From Nitrospirota bacterium (GTDB taxonomy: Bacteria; Nitrospirota; UBA9217): DNA of 64,000 nt. The notes below the pieces were generated by a model. That model made no database searches, had not been told where the DNA came from, and saw only the letters and a program-made list of their open reading frames with translations. The first letter of the stretch is position 1. The number at the start of each line of letters is the position of its first letter. Below, piece after piece: positions 36,559 to 46,544 of the stretch. Location of the stretch: contig CAWBNQ010000003.1 of assembly GCA_963790205.1 (NCBI GenBank), positions 928,001 through 992,000 of the forward strand, read 5' to 3'. The position numbers were made by a program, and so were the translations under genes.

Positions 36559-37128
36559 ATGAACGCAGTGATCGAGGCGATCAAGAAAAGACGGGCTGTC
36601 CGGGCCTATGAACCGAAGCCGGTCCCCCGGGACGTCCTGAACGCGGTCATCGAGGCGGGGAACGAGGCGCCGTCCGCAATGAACAGCCAGCCCTGGAGGT
36701 TTGTCGTTGTCGAAGACAAAGAGGCGAAGAAAAAGCTCCTGGCTGCCGCAATGCCCAAGGCGAAGGCGATCACCGAGAAAGTGAAGGACATCGACCCGGA
36801 GCGGTACGAGGCGATCAAGAAACGATACGCCGAACTGCCGGACCCGGTATATTATTCAGCCCCCGCGATCGTGTTCGTCATCGGCAACGGGATGTATGCC
36901 GATCATTCGTGCCCGCTGGCCTGCGAGAACATGATGCTGGCTGCCTGCTCGCTGGGCCTGGGGAGCTGCTGGGTGGGCTTCGGCGCGATGGTGACGGACG
37001 ATCCGGCGGTGAGGAGCCTTCTTGAGCTAAAAGAAGGGGACGCGATCTTCGGCCCGATACTTCTCGGATATCCAAAGACCAGTCCTCCTCGCCCGCCGAA
37101 GAAGGACCCGAAAGTTAAGTGGATTTGA
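36559..37128 (+). CDS. Nitroreductase family protein
   Basis: RRAVRAY, APSAMNSQPWRF, NMMLAA.SLGLGSCW. Confidence 0.92.
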   Translation: MNAVIEAIKKRRAVRAYEPKPVPRDVLNAVIEAGNEAPSAMNSQPWRFVVVEDKEAKKKLLAAAMPKAKAITEKVKDIDPERYEAIKKRYAELPDPVYYSAPAIVFVIGNGMYADHSCPLACENMMLAACSLGLGSCWVGFGAMVTDDPAVRSLLELKEGDAIFGPILLGYPKTSPPRPPKKDPKVKWI

Positions 37129-37157
37129 TATACAGTATAATAATAATGAAGGAGACT

Positions 37158-39263
37158 ATGGCGGGCAAGACAGTTATGGAGCACGGACCGACCGAAAAAT
37201 CCCTTGTTTCACTTCGGCGTCATGGTTTGAAGGCGGGCATCGCGTTTGCGGCGATACTTGCGCTGGCAACAGGAGCGACCGCCTTTGCAGGCGAAAATGT
37301 GACGTATGGGATGGAAAAGGTTGTGCCCTACGAGTATCGCGGAGACGTTCGCGAGTTGGCCCGGTTCCCCCTGGCGGCCCCGCAGAAGCAGCCGTATGTT
37401 CACCCGGTGCTAAGGCCGCCCAGGACGAAGAAAGCTCCGCTCCTTTTTGGTGCGCCGGAAACTCCGTCAATGAATGTTCCGCTTAAGGCCCCGCTTGCCC
37501 CCATGCCGGCTTCGATCGTGAATTTTCCCGGCATGAATTTCAGCGACTCCTGTACCGGAGGGCAGTGCGGCGCAGGCTGGCCCCCGGACCCGAACGGCGA
37601 TGTCGGACCAAATCATTATATCCAGGCGGTGAACGACGCCTATGCCATCTATAATAAGACCGGCTCGCGACTCGCTTCGTTCACCGAGGATTCGTTGTGG
37701 TCTGGCACGGGATCGAATCCCTGTAACGGCAATTCCGAGGGCGATCCGATTGTGTTGTATGATCAACTGGCAGACCGGTGGATACTCACCCATTTTGCCT
37801 TCGCGCTCGACAGCAATGGCAACCCCCTGGCGCCCTTTTATCAATGTATCGCGGTCTCGAAGACAAACGACCCGGTCTCGGGCGGATGGTGGCTCTATCC
37901 CCTGCGCATGGACCCGGGCGGCACGGGGAAGCCGCCCTCTGGCGCGATGAACGACTACCCCAAGTTCGGGATATGGCCCGACTGCCTCTATATGTCTGCG
38001 AACGAGTTTGCCATGCCTGGCGGTAGTTTCGTTGGGACGTCGTATGCTTCTCTCAGCCGCAGCGATTTGGAAAGCGGCGTGCCTCTTACCTGGTCGCTGG
38101 GCTTTCTTGATTACCCGGCGCATGACGTCTTTACCATGATCCCGAGCAGTGTGCTCGGCTCTGCGGCAGGCTCGCTGCCTCCTGCCGGGACTCCAAACTA
38201 CTTCGTCTCTGAATCGATAAATGGTTTCAACTTCGAGGTCAGAAAATTTACGGCAGGACCAAACTGCGGGGCCGGTGGAACACTGAGCTCGCCGGTAAAT
38301 GTAAGCCAGTCGAGCTATGCTTCGATTCCCGCCAATACCAACATTGTCCCTCAACCGGGCACCACGAACACGCTGGATATGATCGACGACCGTTTGATGC
38401 AGAAGGTGCGATATCGGAATATCAGCGGCACGGAATCCCTGTGGGTCGTTCATAATGTTCTGACTTCTTCCACCGGCACGGTTGTTCCCCAATGGGCGCA
38501 GATCGACGTTACCGGCGGCACGATTAATACAACGCCGGTCCAGCAGCAGATCTATGCGCCTGATACGGTGCTCCATCGTTGGATGGGCAGCCTGGCAGTG
38601 GACAATGCCGGGAACATGGCGCTCGGGTACAGCACCTCGAACAGCGTTTCGCCGAACTTTCCGAGCATCGCCTATTCAGGCCGCCTCGCAGGCGATGCAC
38701 TAAACACGTTGCCGCAAACCGAAACGCAGCTGATCGCAGGATCAGGTTCGCAGACCCTCTCGTTCAGCGGCCAGTTCGTCAGCCGCTGGGGCGATTACAC
38801 TGCGATGAGCATGGACCCCTCTGACGACTGCACCTTCTGGTACACGAACCAATATTACGGCAGCCCGTCGAACGGTGGCAGCGGCAACTGGCAGACGCGC
38901 ATCGGCTCGTTCAAGTTCTCATCATGCGCGCCGGTGCTCGTGTCCGCGCCGGTCGTCACCACTGCGGCGGTTACGAACATAAAATATTTGACGGCTACGG
39001 GAGGAGGCACCGTTATCGCCACTGGCGGGGCGCCGGTCACCGCCAGAGGGGTCTGCTGGAACACGACAAACAATCCTACCACAGCTGATACCTGCACGAA
39101 CAACGGAACGGGAACAGGCCCATTCACGAGTTCCATCACCGGGCTGACGCAGGCCAGCGTATATTATGTGAGGGCCTATGCCACCAATGCCGCTGGCACG
39201 GCATACGGCAATCAAGTGGCAGTGATACGCCCCAATCCTCCGACAGGACTGACGGTCAAGTAG
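37158..39263 (+). CDS. Large secreted beta-rich protein with C-terminal FN3-like domain
   Basis: Signal AFA/G; PPDPNGDVGPNH, GDP...YD..ADRW, DYPK, RWGDY; ARGVCW..YYVRAYATN. Confidence 0.75.
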   Translation: MAGKTVMEHGPTEKSLVSLRRHGLKAGIAFAAILALATGATAFAGENVTYGMEKVVPYEYRGDVRELARFPLAAPQKQPYVHPVLRPPRTKKAPLLFGAPETPSMNVPLKAPLAPMPASIVNFPGMNFSDSCTGGQCGAGWPPDPNGDVGPNHYIQAVNDAYAIYNKTGSRLASFTEDSLWSGTGSNPCNGNSEGDPIVLYDQLADRWILTHFAFALDSNGNPLAPFYQCIAVSKTNDPVSGGWWLYPLRMDPGGTGKPPSGAMNDYPKFGIWPDCLYMSANEFAMPGGSFVGTSYASLSRSDLESGVPLTWSLGFLDYPAHDVFTMIPSSVLGSAAGSLPPAGTPNYFVSESINGFNFEVRKFTAGPNCGAGGTLSSPVNVSQSSYASIPANTNIVPQPGTTNTLDMIDDRLMQKVRYRNISGTESLWVVHNVLTSSTGTVVPQWAQIDVTGGTINTTPVQQQIYAPDTVLHRWMGSLAVDNAGNMALGYSTSNSVSPNFPSIAYSGRLAGDALNTLPQTETQLIAGSGSQTLSFSGQFVSRWGDYTAMSMDPSDDCTFWYTNQYYGSPSNGGSGNWQTRIGSFKFSSCAPVLVSAPVVTTAAVTNIKYLTATGGGTVIATGGAPVTARGVCWNTTNNPTTADTCTNNGTGTGPFTSSITGLTQASVYYVRAYATNAAGTAYGNQVAVIRPNPPTGLTVK

Positions 39264-39292
39264 CTTTTTTGAATTGTCAAGGAGTACTCAGT

Positions 39293-39643
39293 ATGAGAAA
39301 ATATTTCTTGCGTTTGGCGGTGTTGCTTATAGTCTTATTGATGATGTCCTGCGGCGGTGGCGGCGGAGGAGGAATTATAATACCGACCGGTTCCGCGACT
39401 CTTACCTGGGTAGTTCCGACCATGTATGATGACGGCGTCACGCCGTTTACCGATCTCGCGGGATATAATATCCACTACGGCACTTCACCAGGCCGCTATA
39501 CGAGCACCATAAATGTCCGCAACGTGACCACCTATAGGGTGACAAATCTTCCCGCAGGGGCCACTTACTATTTCGTGATCACGGCCTATAACACGTCGGG
39601 AGTTGAGAGCGCTCCCTCAATTTGGGCAAGCAAAAAAATATAA
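39293..39643 (+). CDS. FN3-domain lipoprotein
   Basis: MMSC-GGGGGGG; LTW, GY.IHYG, YYF.ITAYN..G.ES. Confidence 0.8.
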   Translation: MRKYFLRLAVLLIVLLMMSCGGGGGGGIIIPTGSATLTWVVPTMYDDGVTPFTDLAGYNIHYGTSPGRYTSTINVRNVTTYRVTNLPAGATYYFVITAYNTSGVESAPSIWASKKI

Positions 39644-39721
39644 AAAAGCGATGTGCCGGGCAGCTTTGTTTTTTGCCCTCGGACGTCACACCGATCTCAA
39701 ATCTATTTGTAAGGAGATTTT

Positions 39722-40225
39722 ATGGACACTACTCATGAAGATGTTACCGGCGGGCACATCAGCTCGACCATCGGGCTCGAGATGCTTGTGCGGGACGTGA
39801 TGACAAAGGGCGTCATCTCGATCACGAAATTCGAGAGCATCATGCACGTGGCGGACATTTTAACGGAGAAAAACATAAGCGGGCTTCCCGTGGTGGACAA
39901 GGAAAAAAAGGTGGTCGGCATCATCACCCAGGCCGACATTCTCTCGATGGTGGGGGTGGGAAGGGAACATACGTTCAAGGACCTGTTGAAATACATGCTG
40001 GGAGAACCGCTTCCCGAACGCAGGCTCGGGGACCATGTGGGCGACATCATGACCTCCCCGGCGCTCACCATAAAACCAGGCGCGAACATTGCCGAAGCCG
40101 TGCGGATCATGGATGAGAAGAGGATCAGGCGGTTGACCGTGGTGGACGAAAAACAGGTGCTCATCGGGATCTTGACGAGGGCCGACATCCTGAAGGCGGT
40201 CATCAAAAAAATAAAAATGGCCTGA
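39722..40225 (+). CDS. CBS-pair protein
   Basis: VRDVMT..ISGLPVVD..GIIT..D; VGDIMT..IRRL.VVD..GILTRAD. Confidence 0.9.
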   Translation: MDTTHEDVTGGHISSTIGLEMLVRDVMTKGVISITKFESIMHVADILTEKNISGLPVVDKEKKVVGIITQADILSMVGVGREHTFKDLLKYMLGEPLPERRLGDHVGDIMTSPALTIKPGANIAEAVRIMDEKRIRRLTVVDEKQVLIGILTRADILKAVIKKIKMA

Positions 40226-40410
40226 CCGTTGTGAAACGATCGATAATCGGTGGATCAGAACAGGGATAGGGCGAGACAGTGCTTTGCGGGTAGCCGTTTC
40301 CGGTCCAATAAACCCGTAGGAAAACAAATCCGGGGCAGGGGAAGGTGAAAGGGTCAAATCCCCGCTCGTGGCCATACTGTCACGGACGAAGATCCGGCCC
40401 TTCAAGACCC

Positions 40411-41064
40411 TTACTTCATGAACTTCTTCGGGAACTGTTTCACTATCCCGTTTGTGAGCACGTCGGCAAACATGAGCATATGAGCGTGCCCTTTGTCGTA
40501 GGCCTCGATATCCGACGCCCAGTCTTTTTTAAGCCTCGATACGACCTCCGTCGTTGTAAGGGCGAGGTGCACGTAGAGCATGTTTTTCAGGGTCTGCACC
40601 GGCCAATTGGGGTTCGCGCCGCTCAAAAAAACCGCGATTTCATCGGCATTTTCCGTCCATCTCTTTTGTCCTTTTGCCACGCCGTCGTTGTCGCCCGTCT
40701 TGGCCGCCTTCACGATGTCCGCGGCGATCAGAATGTGCTCCCTGAGCAGGGCGGACAGCTTTGTGCCCGCGGCTTCGCCGTAGAACGGCTTGATGGCATT
40801 GCCGATGTCGTCCTGGTTCCTGAGAAGCCGTTCGGCGACGATACCGGTGTCGTCAAGGCCCGCCACGGCGCTGGTAATGAAGCTCCGGGTATAGACGATA
40901 TGGTCTTCCCAGAGCTGCCGCATGGCGTTCCGCAGGTCAACAACGGACTGCGTGTAGACCACGGCACCTCCCTTCATTTTTTCCATGGCCCGTGCCGGCG
41001 CGGCAAATGCCAGTGCCATAAGCACCATGCCCGCCAGAATTCCTGCAACAATGGTCTGTTTCAT
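40411..41064 (-). CDS. Secreted helical-bundle protein with periodic His/Glu
   Basis: Signal ARA/M; LWEDH, LLREH, W..NA..IA.FL..ANP.W, YVHL, GHAH. Confidence 0.75.
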   Translation of the reverse strand: MKQTIVAGILAGMVLMALAFAAPARAMEKMKGGAVVYTQSVVDLRNAMRQLWEDHIVYTRSFITSAVAGLDDTGIVAERLLRNQDDIGNAIKPFYGEAAGTKLSALLREHILIAADIVKAAKTGDNDGVAKGQKRWTENADEIAVFLSGANPNWPVQTLKNMLYVHLALTTTEVVSRLKKDWASDIEAYDKGHAHMLMFADVLTNGIVKQFPKKFMK

Positions 41065-41133
41065 GGGCGTATCCTCCTTTTTTTAACTGCATGTCCGAAC
41101 CTGCTTCAAGCATAGCGCAATAATTATAATAAA

Positions 41134-41183
41134 TCAAATAAGTTTTTTAGTTATTTGACAATTTCTCGAATTGAAGCTATAGT
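41134..41183. promoter_or_regulatory. Inverted-repeat operator TCAAATAA-N9-TTATTTGA overlapping promoter TTGACA-N17-TATAGT
   Basis: Read directly between divergent genes. Confidence 0.7.
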
Positions 41184-41209
41184 AGGAGTGAGAAAGGACG
41201 GGTGGCAGG

Positions 41210-41845
41210 ATGGTGACGCCGTTGAATATGGAAAAACCGGGAGGCGCGAGGGACCGGATCGTGCGTATTTTGCTCGAGCGCCGGAATACCGTCGAGGCGC
41301 TGGCGAGCAAGCTCGGGGTCACTGAAAACGCCGTTCGGGCGCAGATCGCGCTGCTGCAACGAGAGGGGATCGTCGAGATCCAGGGTGAGATAAAGGGCAC
41401 GCGCAGGCCGGCCGCGGTCTACGGCCTCCGTCCGGGAGCGGACATACATTTTTCCAAAGCCTATCCCGTTTTCCTCTCTCAGCTGATTCGCGTGCTGGCG
41501 CAAAAGTTGTCGCAGACCGAATTCAGGTCCGTTATGCGCGGCCTCGGGAAGCGGCTGGCAGGCTCCGTGCCGCGCCCCACCGGCGATCCCCGCGAGCGGG
41601 TCAAGGCGGGCCTCAAGTTCCTCAAGCTGCTCGGGTCCGCGGCCGAAATGACCGAAGAGAAGGGAACGATCGTCATTACCGGCTTTGGCTGCCCCATTGC
41701 AGAGGCGGTGAGCGCGGATGAGCGGTCCTGTATCGCGATGGAAACGCTCTTAAAGGAATTGACCGGGCTGCCCGTTGCCGAACGTTGTGATCATGGCGAG
41801 CGTCCAAGCTGCAGGTTTGAAATTAAAATACCCGCGGAGAGATGA
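41210..41845 (+). CDS. ArsR/SufR-like HTH regulator with C-terminal Cys ligands
   Basis: LA.KLGVT.NAVR.Q...L...G, RP...Y.L; GCPI, C, C..CRF. Confidence 0.85.
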   Translation: MVTPLNMEKPGGARDRIVRILLERRNTVEALASKLGVTENAVRAQIALLQREGIVEIQGEIKGTRRPAAVYGLRPGADIHFSKAYPVFLSQLIRVLAQKLSQTEFRSVMRGLGKRLAGSVPRPTGDPRERVKAGLKFLKLLGSAAEMTEEKGTIVITGFGCPIAEAVSADERSCIAMETLLKELTGLPVAERCDHGERPSCRFEIKIPAER

Positions 41846-41965
41846 AGCGCGTTCGGCCAGGATATGCTTTGATGGTCATCGGCTCCTTTTATTCCGGGCC
41901 GGACCGGTTCATTCGCTGTTCTTTGCCGGCAAATTCCACCATTCGCACCCTTTGAACATGCATGA

Positions 41966-43222
41966 CTAGGTATCTTCGCGTACGCGGCCGTCAGAGGTGT
42001 GGAGGTCGAGCTCTGGACGTTTGCCCGCTCGAGTGTCCCTTCCTTCATCGACAACCGTGATGTCTCCGTGCTTTACGCGCACGATGATCCTGTCTAGATC
42101 CTGCACGGGAACGCGAATATGCGCAATGCCGTCGATGTCCGTAAACAGGCCATCGGGGACGACGCTATAGCGCAGCGTCGGCAACGGCGCCTCCTCCAAC
42201 TTCCACGTTACGCTGAAGTCGCTGTTCGGCAGGCCGAACCCGTGAACGGCCCCCGAGCACTCGATCTCGCCGGGCGGTCCCGCGACCAGGCTGAGTTCCA
42301 CGTCGAGCGTGTCGGCGGTCACTTCGAGGACCTTTGGTTCCGAGGGGAAATCTCTGAGCCGGACACGGGCCGCCAGGTCGGCATAGTGGGGATTGGCGAA
42401 CAGGCCGCCGCCGATGATGCCCGCACCGACGAGGACCGACAACGCGATCACCGCTGCCTTCAACCGCGGGTTCTGCCTGAGCAGGGGATACAGTACCGAG
42501 CGGGAGTCTTCGCGCGCCGGGACCATCAGAACGTAGTAATAGAGGACGTGGGCAATGCCGAGGGCGATCAGCGCCGACCAGACGGCATCGGACAGATAGT
42601 GCCCGCCGTCGGTCATGCGCCCGATGCCGAGCAGCGTCCCCATGACCAGCCCCGTCGCGAGGGACGCCGCTGCCCGTCGCGGATGACTTCGCCGCCACAT
42701 CCACCAGCCGGCGCCGTAGAGATACCCCACCGAACAATGGCCGCAGGGGAAGGACTTGCCGCCCGCCTGAAAAGGAACAAGCGGTTGTGAGTATTCCGAA
42801 CTGCCTCCGAACTCGACGAGCTGCCGGGGCCGCGCGCGCCCCCAGTGGTCCTTGAGAACGAGGTTGATGATGAGTCCCGGCCCGATGATCACGCACAGGA
42901 GGATGAAGGTCCCGTACAGCCGGAGTTGTCTGGATTTTTCCCGCATCACCCCGGTTATAAGCAGGGCAACGCCGGTCACTGCCAAAGAGCCCGTTATCCA
43001 CGGCGCGGAACGGTAGAACAGCAGCCACAGCGGGTCGTTCGCGACAGGCCAGGGTCCCTCGAGTTCCGGATGGTAGAACGGCCGGATGGAGACAAGGTCC
43101 AGATCGGTGACCGCAAACAGGACCACCGTGGCGAGGGTGAGCAAGGCCAGCACGACCGCCTCGGGCAGCCAGTAGCTGCGGTAGCTTATGATCGGGCCTC
43201 GTTCATTATTCATTGACGGCAC
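41966..43222 (-). CDS. PAP2-family membrane phosphatase (LpxF/lipid A phosphatase-like) with extra C-terminal domain
   Basis: KDHWGRARP, SFPCGH, GRMTDGGHYLSD. Confidence 0.85.
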   Translation of the reverse strand: MPSMNNERGPIISYRSYWLPEAVVLALLTLATVVLFAVTDLDLVSIRPFYHPELEGPWPVANDPLWLLFYRSAPWITGSLAVTGVALLITGVMREKSRQLRLYGTFILLCVIIGPGLIINLVLKDHWGRARPRQLVEFGGSSEYSQPLVPFQAGGKSFPCGHCSVGYLYGAGWWMWRRSHPRRAAASLATGLVMGTLLGIGRMTDGGHYLSDAVWSALIALGIAHVLYYYVLMVPAREDSRSVLYPLLRQNPRLKAAVIALSVLVGAGIIGGGLFANPHYADLAARVRLRDFPSEPKVLEVTADTLDVELSLVAGPPGEIECSGAVHGFGLPNSDFSVTWKLEEAPLPTLRYSVVPDGLFTDIDGIAHIRVPVQDLDRIIVRVKHGDITVVDEGRDTRAGKRPELDLHTSDGRVREDT

Positions 43223-43225
43223 CTT

Positions 43226-43380
43226 GTTAGAAGTTTGAAGGGTGAAGTTTGAAGTCTGGTGAACAAGTAGAAGCTAGAAGTTTGAAGAGTGAAGTTTGAA
43301 TCCATGCGGAATCGGTTCCGGAATAGAAGTTAGAAGTTTTCGGTTATTTCATCCATCTCACTTCTCACTTCAAACTTCCA
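43226..43380. repeat. Heptamer array (GAAGTTT-like) with complementary arm (CTCACTT/CAAACTT)
   Basis: gaagttt gaagggt gaagttt ... gaagcta gaagttt gaagagt gaagttt ... ctcactt ctcactt caaactt. Confidence 0.85.
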
Positions 43381-45127
43381 TAAAAATCCTCACCCTCGTC
43401 CCTTTGCCCGGCGTGCTCTCTATCTGCATGTCCCAGCCGTGCGCCTTCACCAGATGCTTCACGATCGCCAGGCCGAGGCCCGTGCCGCCCATGCTTCGCG
43501 ACCGGCCGGGGTCTACGCGGTAGAACCGTTCGCCGATCCGCGGCAGGTGCTTCTGCCTGATGCCGATGCCGGTGTCTTCCACGAATAAATAAGTCGTACC
43601 GTTCTCCTCGGCATCGCCGAACTTCACCCCGCCTTTTTCCGTGAACTTTATCGCGTTGTCAACGAGGTTGGTCAGGATCTGGATAAGCCGATCCCGGTCC
43701 GCTGCAACGGTCCGCGGCGTCGGGAGTATCTGCGCCTCTATCGTCAGGTTCTTTTCAGCGGCCTTGCTGCGCAACAGCGTAAGGACATGGTCGGCGACCT
43801 CCTGGAGATCGACGGGCGACTTTTCCACCGTTATCACGCCCAGTTCGATCTTCGAGATGGTCATAAGATCGTCAATGAGGCTGTTGATCCGTTCGCTGTT
43901 CGCCTTGATGGTCCGCAGGAAGGTGACGGCATGGTCGCGGTCCTCAAGGGCGCCCTCGAGCAGGGTCTCGGCAAATCCGGTGATAGCCGTGATCGGCGTC
44001 TTGAGCTCATGGGAGATGTTGGCGACGAAATCTTTTCTCGTTTGTTCAAGTTTTTTGAGTTGCGTGATGTCGTGGAAGATGGCGACGAACCCCGACAGTT
44101 CGCGTTCGTTGTAAAAGAGCGGGGAGACCTGGACCACGCAGTATTGCTCCAGGGGGGAGTCGAGCTTTATCTCGGCGCTCGCGCTCTTCTCCTCCCGCCG
44201 GACCGCTTCCATCAGCGCCAGGAACTCGCTGTTCCGGACGACCTCGATGAACGGCCTTCCCTGGAGCGCGGTCTCGCCGAACAGGTTCCTGGCCGCCCGG
44301 CTCGACAGACGGACCGTATTGTTTGCATCGATTATGAAGAGGGCGTCGGGAATGCTCCTGAGGACCGTGTTCAGCCGATTGTGCTCCTCCTCATGGGCTG
44401 CGATGCTGTTCTTCAGTTCCCCGGACATGGCGTTGAGGCTTTCGGCGATCTCATCGAACTCGCCCGCCCGCTCAAGGAACAGTTTTCTGCCGACTTCCCC
44501 CCGTGCAAGCGCTTTGGAAAAGTCCCTTATCTGCCGCGTCAATCTTCGGATCCGTTCTATTTGCCACAGGGAGAAGACGCCTGTCGCGAGCAGGATGAGC
44601 GTGACGACAAGGATGATCCTGACCCTGAGCAGGTTGATCGCCGCATCGACGTCCTTGAGCGGCTTGCTTAAACGGATAAAGCCTTTGGAGTGCGCTCCGC
44701 CGTCGACGTGTATCGCCACGTAGAGGAAATCGTACTTCAGGGTATCGCTGAAACGGATTGCCATGCCGGTCCCGTTCAGCGCGGCCTGCTGTATCTCCTG
44801 ACGATGGCCGTGGTTCTCCATGCGGGTCGAATCGGTTTCCGAGTCCCCGAGGACCCTTCCGTCGGGCGCGATGACCGTGACCCTTGCACCGGTTGTTTCC
44901 TTGAGCTGTCTGCAAAGGCCGTCGAGCGGGGACGATGCCTCGAATGGTATGTCGGCGGAGATGAGTTTTGCCTGGACCGTGAGATTGTCGTGCAGGTCGT
45001 TGATGTAATTTTCCCTGACCGCATCGGTAATGGAGAGCTCGATAATGATCACCGCCAGGAGCAGAATGAGCGAATAGGTGATGAATATCCGTCGGAAGAT
45101 GCCGCGCTTCACGGAATTATTCGACAT
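43370..45127 (-). CDS. phoR: Phosphate regulon sensor histidine kinase
   Basis: TM, ENH..R.EI periplasmic domain, TM, HAMP, PAS, DFVANISHELKTP, NL.DNA.K, RFYRVD..RSR..GGTGLGL. Confidence 0.9.
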   Translation of the reverse strand: MSNNSVKRGIFRRIFITYSLILLLAVIIIELSITDAVRENYINDLHDNLTVQAKLISADIPFEASSPLDGLCRQLKETTGARVTVIAPDGRVLGDSETDSTRMENHGHRQEIQQAALNGTGMAIRFSDTLKYDFLYVAIHVDGGAHSKGFIRLSKPLKDVDAAINLLRVRIILVVTLILLATGVFSLWQIERIRRLTRQIRDFSKALARGEVGRKLFLERAGEFDEIAESLNAMSGELKNSIAAHEEEHNRLNTVLRSIPDALFIIDANNTVRLSSRAARNLFGETALQGRPFIEVVRNSEFLALMEAVRREEKSASAEIKLDSPLEQYCVVQVSPLFYNERELSGFVAIFHDITQLKKLEQTRKDFVANISHELKTPITAITGFAETLLEGALEDRDHAVTFLRTIKANSERINSLIDDLMTISKIELGVITVEKSPVDLQEVADHVLTLLRSKAAEKNLTIEAQILPTPRTVAADRDRLIQILTNLVDNAIKFTEKGGVKFGDAEENGTTYLFVEDTGIGIRQKHLPRIGERFYRVDPGRSRSMGGTGLGLAIVKHLVKAHGWDMQIESTPGKGTRVRIFMEV

Positions 45128-45806
45128 AATACCCCACGCCCCGTCTTGTTTTGATATGCACGGGGTCCGATGGATCGTCTTCAATTTGCGTGCGCAATCT
45201 TCTGATGTGCACGTCCACGGTCCTCGGCTCGACGAAGGACTCGTCCTTCCATACGGCATCGAGGAGTTGATCGCGGCTGAAGACCCTGCCTTTTCTCTCA
45301 ACGAGAAACAGGAGCAGTTTGAACTCCGTCGCGCTGAGATGCACGGAGGTGTCCTTCTTGGTCACGGTGAAGGTCTCCCGGTCGATGCGGAGCTCCCCGA
45401 GGCGGATGACCTTTTCTTTGGCCGCGAGCGCTCCCGTGCGCCGCAGGACCGTGTTCACCCGGGCGGCAAGTTCCTTCGGGCTGAAGGGTTTGGTCATGTA
45501 GTCGTCGGCGCCGGTCTCCAGGCCGCGTATCTTGTCCGCGACCTCGCCTTTGGCGGTCAGCATGATGATGGGAATGGTCTCTGTTCTCGGATTGCTCCTG
45601 AGCATGCGGCAGAGCTCAACGCCCTGGATGCCGGGGAGCATAAGGTCAAGGATGATGAGGTTATACCCGTCCTTGCGGACCTTCTCGAGCGCATCCTCCC
45701 CGGTGGAGGCTGAGGAGACTTTAAAGCCTTCTTTCCTGAGATTGTAGGAAACAAGCTCCACCAGATCGGGTTCGTCGTCTACAACGAGTATTTTTATCGT
45801 TTCCAT
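45117..45806 (-). CDS. phoB: Phosphate regulon response regulator (OmpR/PhoB family)
   Basis: VDDE, LDLMLP, MLTAK, GADDY.TKPFS, RTVDVHIRRLR; coupled to phoR. Confidence 0.88.
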   Translation of the reverse strand: METIKILVVDDEPDLVELVSYNLRKEGFKVSSASTGEDALEKVRKDGYNLIILDLMLPGIQGVELCRMLRSNPRTETIPIIMLTAKGEVADKIRGLETGADDYMTKPFSPKELAARVNTVLRRTGALAAKEKVIRLGELRIDRETFTVTKKDTSVHLSATEFKLLLFLVERKGRVFSRDQLLDAVWKDESFVEPRTVDVHIRRLRTQIEDDPSDPVHIKTRRGVGYYVE

Positions 45807-45982
45807 CGTTCCGGTGAAAATGAAGCTGAGACAGAATTTGACTCCCTTGAAACGGTATGCGGAAAACTATACCATAAACAGAAGGATTAATAAACGTGTT
45901 TTACGCGAAGAGAAATCAGGGGATTTTGATGCTATAATAATAAACATCAGAGGGTTAAAACGTTAACGATAAGGAGGGCAAC

Positions 45983-46489
45983 ATGAGGTATGTCAAATTG
46001 ATGGTCGCAATACTGGTATTGTCATTGCCTTTTACACTGGCTGTTCGTGCCGATGAGATGAAACAGGATGCCGCGCCCGCAACCGCGCCGGAAGTCAAAC
46101 CGGAAGCGAAAGGGGAGACGCAATCCGCTACGATCGATCACGGCATCAAGGAGAAACGCTTTGTCGCGACCGTCGGGCCGGACGGCGTGCAGCACGTGGA
46201 GATCACGGGCGGAGAATATTATTTCGATCCCAATTATATCGTCGTGAAGGTCAATGTGCCTGTAGAACTGAGCGTAAAGAAGGCGAAGGGGTACGTTCCC
46301 CATGACATCATGGTAAAGGCCCCGGATGCGGGTATTGATTTCAAAACAGAGCTCAGCGACAACGCAAAGATCATCAAGTTCACGCCCACCAAGGTCGGCA
46401 AGTACGAGATGGAATGCGACAAACGCTTCCTGTGGTTTAAGAGCCACAAGGACCGGGGCATGGACGGCTTTATAGAAGTCGTGCCGTAA
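45983..46489 (+). CDS. Periplasmic cupredoxin-domain protein
   Basis: Signal; FDP.YI.V, PHD, G.Y..EC......SH...GM.G type-1 Cu pattern. Confidence 0.8.
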   Translation: MRYVKLMVAILVLSLPFTLAVRADEMKQDAAPATAPEVKPEAKGETQSATIDHGIKEKRFVATVGPDGVQHVEITGGEYYFDPNYIVVKVNVPVELSVKKAKGYVPHDIMVKAPDAGIDFKTELSDNAKIIKFTPTKVGKYEMECDKRFLWFKSHKDRGMDGFIEVVP

Positions 46490-46544
46490 TCCGGCGGGCG
46501 CCCGGCGGCCCGGCGCGCGGCCGGAGAAGGAAAAGCTGAACGTC

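Noticed and set aside
40255..40330. c-di-GMP-I riboswitch-like words (GAAA, CGCAAAGC) on the - strand
   Set aside because: Helices do not fit, and it lies between convergent gene ends.
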